Source: an uncultured Janthinobacterium sp. (GTDB lineage: Bacteria; Vulcanimicrobiota; Vulcanimicrobiia; Vulcanimicrobiales; Vulcanimicrobiaceae). From it: a stretch of 20,765 nt of DNA. The position numbers and the translations under genes were made by a program. The number at the start of each line of letters is the position of its first letter. Position 1 is the first letter of the stretch. Below the pieces are notes generated by a model. That model was not told the origin of the DNA and ran no database searches. It saw only the letters and a list, made by a program, of their open reading frames with translations. The stretch is from NCBI GenBank assembly GCA_964658025.1, contig CAZZXB010000047.1, forward strand, positions 1-20,765. The letters run 5' to 3'. Below, piece by piece: positions 16,807 to 20,765 of this stretch.

Positions 16807-17978
16807 GCGCCGGGCCGCACGCGGGCGCGCGCGAGCGGATCGTCGCACGCGCGCTCGCGGCGGGCGCGGGCGTCGTGCGCGTCGCCTCCGCCGAGACCGA
16901 CGCCCTCGCGCACGAGCGCCTTCGCGCCGCGTTCGCGGGCGAGGCGTTCGCGACGTGGGGATACGACGAGGCCTACGCGCGCCGCGCGGCGTCGCCGCGA
17001 GAACTGTTGCCGGGCGCGCGGAGCGTCGTCTGCGTCGCCGTGCCGTACGCCACGGCGCCGCCGTCCGCGCGTCCGCGCCCGCTCGTCGGACGCGTTTCGA
17101 ATTACGCGTGGTCGCGCGACTATCACGCGCGGATGCGCGCGATCCTCGCGAGCGTGGCGGCCGAGATCGACGCGATCGCGGGCGAGCCCGCGAGCCGCAT
17201 CGTCTGCGACACCGCACCGCTCGCCGAGCGCGCCTTCGCCGCCCGCTCGGGTCTCGGCTGGATCGGCAAGCACACGAACCTCATCGTCCCGGGACTCGGC
17301 TCGTTCGTCTTCCTCGGCGAGATCGTCACGACGCTCGCGCTCGCGGCGGATCCGCCGTCGCGTAAGGGGTGCGGCACCTGCGCGCGCTGCATCGACGTCT
17401 GTCCGACGGGGGCGCTCCGCGGCGATTACACGATCGACGCGAGTCGGTGCATCTCCGATCTGACGCAGCGGACCGACGCGATCCCGCGCGCGCTACGGCC
17501 GCTCGTCGGCGATTGGGTGTGGGGCTGCGATCTCTGTCAGGACGCGTGTCCGCCGACGAAGCGAGCCGGGCATACGGGATCGGCCGCGTTCGGGGCGACC
17601 GATGCGAGCGCCGCGCGGCCCGATCTCCTCGCGCTCTTGCGCCTGCGCAGCGGCGAGTTCAAACGTCGCTATCGCGACACGGCGATGGGCTGGCGCGGGG
17701 CCGCGATCCTCCGCCGCAACGCCGCGCTCGCGCTCGGCAACGCGCTCGATCGGGCGGCCGTTCCGGCGCTCGCGCGCGCGCTCCGGGAAGATCCGCACGC
17801 GCTCGTCCGCGGTCAGGCCGCGTGGTCGCTCGGGCGAATCGGTTCGGCCGCCGCGCGGTCCGCGCTCGAACGCGCGGCGACGGACGAAGCGGATCCGTCG
17901 GTCGCGGGCGAGATCCGCGACGCGCTCGGCCGCGACGGAAACCTCGGCGCGTGGTCCGGCGTTGGAACGGGGAAGTGA
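16803..17978 (+). CDS. queG: tRNA epoxyqueuosine(34) reductase QueG (start uncertain)
   Basis: GRVSNYAWSRDYH, DTAPLAER, SGLGWIGK, GSFVFLGE, CGTCARCIDVCPTGA, RCIS, GCDLCQDACP, RRNAALALGN and HEAT-like repeats. Start placed at CTG 16803; the first downstream canonical in-frame start is GTG 16875. Confidence 0.93.
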   Translation: MSAGPHAGARERIVARALAAGAGVVRVASAETDALAHERLRAAFAGEAFATWGYDEAYARRAASPRELLPGARSVVCVAVPYATAPPSARPRPLVGRVSNYAWSRDYHARMRAILASVAAEIDAIAGEPASRIVCDTAPLAERAFAARSGLGWIGKHTNLIVPGLGSFVFLGEIVTTLALAADPPSRKGCGTCARCIDVCPTGALRGDYTIDASRCISDLTQRTDAIPRALRPLVGDWVWGCDLCQDACPPTKRAGHTGSAAFGATDASAARPDLLALLRLRSGEFKRRYRDTAMGWRGAAILRRNAALALGNALDRAAVPALARALREDPHALVRGQAAWSLGRIGSAAARSALERAATDEADPSVAGEIRDALGRDGNLGAWSGVGTGK

Positions 17979-17983
17979 ATACG

Positions 17984-18667
17984 ATGAATCGCACTCGGGC
18001 GCTCGCGCTCGCCGTCCTCGGCGTGGTCTTCGGCACCGCCGCGCTCGCCGATCCCTCTCCCTTGCCCGCGGCATCGCCCGCCGGCGGCGCGTCGCCGACG
18101 GTCCTCGACGCGCAAAACGATCCGCTGTTCAAGCGCATGCTCGCGCTCAATGCCGACCTGAAGACCTATCAGGCGAACGTCCATCTCGACGTCGAGCTCA
18201 AGACGTTTCCGTTCATCAGTCCGTCGCTCGACGGCAGCGTGTATTACAAGAAGCCCGATCGCGAGGCCGTCGTGTTCGATACGGTTCCGGCGCTCGCGTC
18301 GCAGTTCAAGAAGGTCTATCCGCGCGTCGATCCGCCGGCGACGTGGACCGCGCTCTACGACGTCGCGGTGCTCGGCGACGATGCGGGGACGACGACGTTC
18401 CGGCTCGTGCCGAAAAAGAACGGCCGCGTCGACCATTTCGACGTCAAGGTCGAAGACGCGACCGCGACGATCCGGTCCTACACGTGGAATTACAAGGACG
18501 GCGGGTTCGTGACGTTCGATCAGACCTTCGTCCGCCAAGACGGAAATTACTTGATCGATAAACAGATCGGTCACGTCGATCTGCCGTCGTACAAGGCCGA
18601 CGTCGTCTCGAACTTCTCGAATTATCGGTTGAACGTGGCCGTCGCGGACGACGTGTTCGAGAAGTGA
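17984..18667 (+). CDS. Secreted protein, possibly LolA/outer-membrane-lipoprotein-sorting-like fold
   Basis: Signal MNRTRALALAVLGVVFGTAALA-D, Pro-rich linker, then LKTYQANV, GSVYYKKPD, FRLVPK, FSNYRLNVAVADDVF (LolA-like spacing). Alternative start GTG 17975 overlaps the queG stop. Confidence 0.6.
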   Translation: MNRTRALALAVLGVVFGTAALADPSPLPAASPAGGASPTVLDAQNDPLFKRMLALNADLKTYQANVHLDVELKTFPFISPSLDGSVYYKKPDREAVVFDTVPALASQFKKVYPRVDPPATWTALYDVAVLGDDAGTTTFRLVPKKNGRVDHFDVKVEDATATIRSYTWNYKDGGFVTFDQTFVRQDGNYLIDKQIGHVDLPSYKADVVSNFSNYRLNVAVADDVFEK

Positions 18668-19689
18668 CGACGATCGATCTCGTCGCCGCGCGCGAGATGT
18701 CGGCACCGCTCGTCGACGCGTTCCGTCGACCGATCACGTACCTGCGCGTCTCGGTGACCGATCGCTGTAACCTGCGTTGCACGTATTGCATGCCCGAAAC
18801 CGGACTCGCGTGGATTCCGAACGCGGCGATCCTCACGTTCGAGGAGATCGAGCGCGTCGTCCGCGGCGCGGCGCGCGCGGGCGTGACGGGCGTCCGCATC
18901 ACGGGCGGCGAGCCGCTCGTCCGTCGCGAGCTCCCCGAACTCGTCCGTCGGATCGCGTCGGTCGAGGGGATCGACGACGTCTCGCTCTCGACGAACGGAC
19001 TCTCGCTCGCGGAGCTCGCGGACGAGCTCGCGGCCGCGGGGCTCGCTCGCGTCAACGTCTCGCTCGATACCCTACGCGCCGATCGCTTCGCCGCGATCGC
19101 GCGGCGGCCGGGGCTCGATCGCGTCCTCGCGGGGATCGATGCGGCGCTCGCCGCGGGGCTCGGTCCCGTCAAGATCAACTGCGTCGTGATGCGCGGGCGC
19201 AACGACGACGAACTCGCGGACTTCGCCGACTTCGCGCGCGATCGTGCCGTCTACGTGCGCTTCATCGAGATGATGCCCGTCACCGAGAACGCGGCGGATC
19301 AGCGCGACCGTTGGCTCTCGTCGGAAGACGTGATCGCGCGACTCGCCGCGGCGCGCGGCATCGTCGCGGTCGACGGGCCCGGCGGCAACGGTCCGGCGCG
19401 GTACTTCGCGATTCCGGGATCGGCCGGGGCGGTCGGCGTGATCAGCCCCCTCTCGCACGAGTACTGCGATCGTTGCAATCGCGTGCGTCTGACCGCGGAC
19501 GGGCGCCTGCGGCTCTGCCTGTTCGGCGATCAGGACATCGATCTGCGCGCGCCGCTGCGCGCCGGCGCGAGCGAGGACGACATCGCCGATCTCTTCCGCG
19601 GCGGGATGCTCGTGAAGCCCGAGCGTCACCATCTGCGGCTCGGCGAAGCGGGGAGCCGGATGCGCGCGTTCAGCGAGATCGGCGGCTGA
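18664..19689 (+). CDS. moaA: GTP 3',8-cyclase
   Basis: YLRVSVTDRCNLRCTYCMP (radical SAM), RITGGEPL, RVNVSLDTL, RFIEMMP, CDRCNRVRLTADGRLRLCL, C-terminal IGG. GTGA overlap with the upstream gene. Confidence 0.96.
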   Translation: MTTIDLVAAREMSAPLVDAFRRPITYLRVSVTDRCNLRCTYCMPETGLAWIPNAAILTFEEIERVVRGAARAGVTGVRITGGEPLVRRELPELVRRIASVEGIDDVSLSTNGLSLAELADELAAAGLARVNVSLDTLRADRFAAIARRPGLDRVLAGIDAALAAGLGPVKINCVVMRGRNDDELADFADFARDRAVYVRFIEMMPVTENAADQRDRWLSSEDVIARLAAARGIVAVDGPGGNGPARYFAIPGSAGAVGVISPLSHEYCDRCNRVRLTADGRLRLCLFGDQDIDLRAPLRAGASEDDIADLFRGGMLVKPERHHLRLGEAGSRMRAFSEIGG

Positions 19690-19714
19690 GCGCCGGATAG
19701 GCCGCGACTCCGGG

Positions 19715-19741
19715 CGTCACGAACGCGCCGCCCACATCGTT
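19715..19741 (+). promoter_or_regulatory. Candidate ECF-type promoter (GTCAC-N17-CGTT)
   Basis: CGTCACG at 19715-19721 and CGTT at 19738-19741, in the gap upstream of the ECF sigma gene. Confidence 0.35.
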
Positions 19742-19788
19742 CTTCGAGGACGAGCGTCCTGTGCTCGTCACCGTTGGGAGCCGCCGCT

Positions 19789-20307
19789 GTGGAGAACGTC
19801 TACGTCCTCGGTCTCGATCGCGATCTCGACGCGCAGGCGCGCCTCGAACGTCTCGTCGCCGATCACCAGACGAAGCTCGCCCGGTTCGTGCGCCGGTTCG
19901 TCGCCGATTCCGACGTCGCGCTCGACGTCGTGCAGGACGTCTTCCTCGCCGCGCATCGGATGTTGCGGAACGATCCGACGCGACCGCTGAGCGCGGGGTG
20001 GCTCTACAAGACGGCGACGAATTTCTCGATCTCCTATCTGCGTAAGAAGAAGCGGCGCGGCGAGACCGTTCCGCTCGTCGAGACGGCCGCCGCGTTTCGG
20101 CCCGACGAGCGCAGCGTCGTCTCGCTCGATCTGCAAACGGCGCTGGGCGCGCTCGGCGAGGAGCAACTCGCCTGCGTGTTGCTCACGAGTTACGCGGGAT
20201 ACTCGTCCGCCGAAGCGGCGCTGATCCTCGGCACGACGCCCGACGCCGTGCGGCAACGGGTGTGTCGCGCGATGCGCGCGATGCGCCGCACGCTCGGTGT
20301 GGCGTGA
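19789..20307 (+). CDS. ECF RNA polymerase sigma-70 factor
   Basis: Region 2 ALDVVQDVFL...WLYKTATN..ISYLRK. Region 4 ALGAL...GYSSAEAALILGTTPDAVRQRVCRA. GGGAG 8 nt before GTG 19789; alternative TTG 19774. Confidence 0.9.
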   Translation: MENVYVLGLDRDLDAQARLERLVADHQTKLARFVRRFVADSDVALDVVQDVFLAAHRMLRNDPTRPLSAGWLYKTATNFSISYLRKKKRRGETVPLVETAAAFRPDERSVVSLDLQTALGALGEEQLACVLLTSYAGYSSAEAALILGTTPDAVRQRVCRAMRAMRRTLGVA

Positions 20308-20765
20308 TGCGCGATCGTCACGAACGCTACGACGCGCTCGCGGGCGCGATCGCGCTCGGCGAAGCGACGGCCGACGAACGTCGCGGCTTCGCCGAACACG
20401 CGCGCGGCTGCACGATCTGCGCGGGCGACGGCGCCGGCTTCGACGCGATCCGCGCCGCGCTCGCGAACGCGCGCGAGGACGAGACGTGGCGACCCGCGCG
20501 ACGCGACGCGATCTTCGAGCAGATCCGCGTGCGCGCCGCTCGCCGCTCGCATCTCACGTTCCGCACGTTCGCCTGGGCGATCGGCGGATCGCTCGCGATC
20601 GAGTTCGCCGTGGCGAGCGGTTTCGTCGCGCATCTCGGCGCGACGTTCGCGGCGACGACGACCGCTTCGAGCGTCGTGGTCCGCGCGGATCCCGCGCGCG
20701 TCGCGACCCGCGCGCGCGCCGTCGCGGCGGCGAAGATCGCGTCGCGCGCCGCGGTCCGCGCGACC
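20307..20765 (+). CDS. Zinc-binding (ZAS, zf-HC2) anti-sigma factor, partial at the window end
   Basis: Not in the ORF track because it has no stop in the window. From ATG 20307 (TGATG overlap with the sigma stop) it reads MRDRHERYDALAGAIALGEATADERRGFAEHARGCTIC (HxxxCxxC), followed by the hydrophobic segment FAWAIGGSLAIEFAVASGFV. Confidence 0.85.
   Translation, partial: MRDRHERYDALAGAIALGEATADERRGFAEHARGCTICAGDGAGFDAIRAALANAREDETWRPARRDAIFEQIRVRAARRSHLTFRTFAWAIGGSLAIEFAVASGFVAHLGATFAATTTASSVVVRADPARVATRARAVAAAKIASRAAVRAT

Noticed and set aside
19715..20327. 12-bp direct repeat CGTCACGAACGC at 19715 and 20316 flanking the sigma gene
   Set aside because: The second copy is coding (Arg-His-Glu-Arg) and has no CGT at the -10 spacing. 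There is no sign of an insertion, so it is probably chance.

Overview
A gene-dense, high-GC (roughly 70% by eye) bacterial chromosomal segment of mostly core genes. I saw no mobile element, CRISPR array or integrase. Gene order: 3' part of tRNA-Cys(GCA); CHASE3-PP2C/SpoIIE sensor phosphatase; hisF; hisIE; recG; HAD hydrolase; rsmD; coaD; coiled-coil protein; (minus) DUF2249-like + Crp/Fnr regulator; (minus) enoyl-CoA hydratase; stand-alone phoU; secreted copper-amine-oxidase-N-like + BsuPI-like protein; (minus) orphan ATP-grasp-like ligase; (minus) small exported protein; Cof HAD; 87-aa unknown; moaD; moaE; alpha/beta hydrolase; (minus) 74-aa membrane protein; moeB-rhodanese (MoeZ); queG; secreted LolA-like protein; moaA; ECF sigma factor; zinc-binding anti-sigma (runs off the window end). 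The recG-rsmD-coaD order suggests a Terrabacteria lineage, possibly Vulcanimicrobiota/Eremiobacterota; this is inference only. The most notable oddities are: the DUF2249-Crp fusion with substituted ligand motifs; recG and queG lacking a nearby canonical start and possibly using GTA/CTG codons that overlap the upstream stop; the orphan ATP-grasp enzyme; and a Moco/sulfur-carrier cluster interleaved with queG and uncharacterised coupled genes. All family assignments come from motif recognition by eye, not from database searches.
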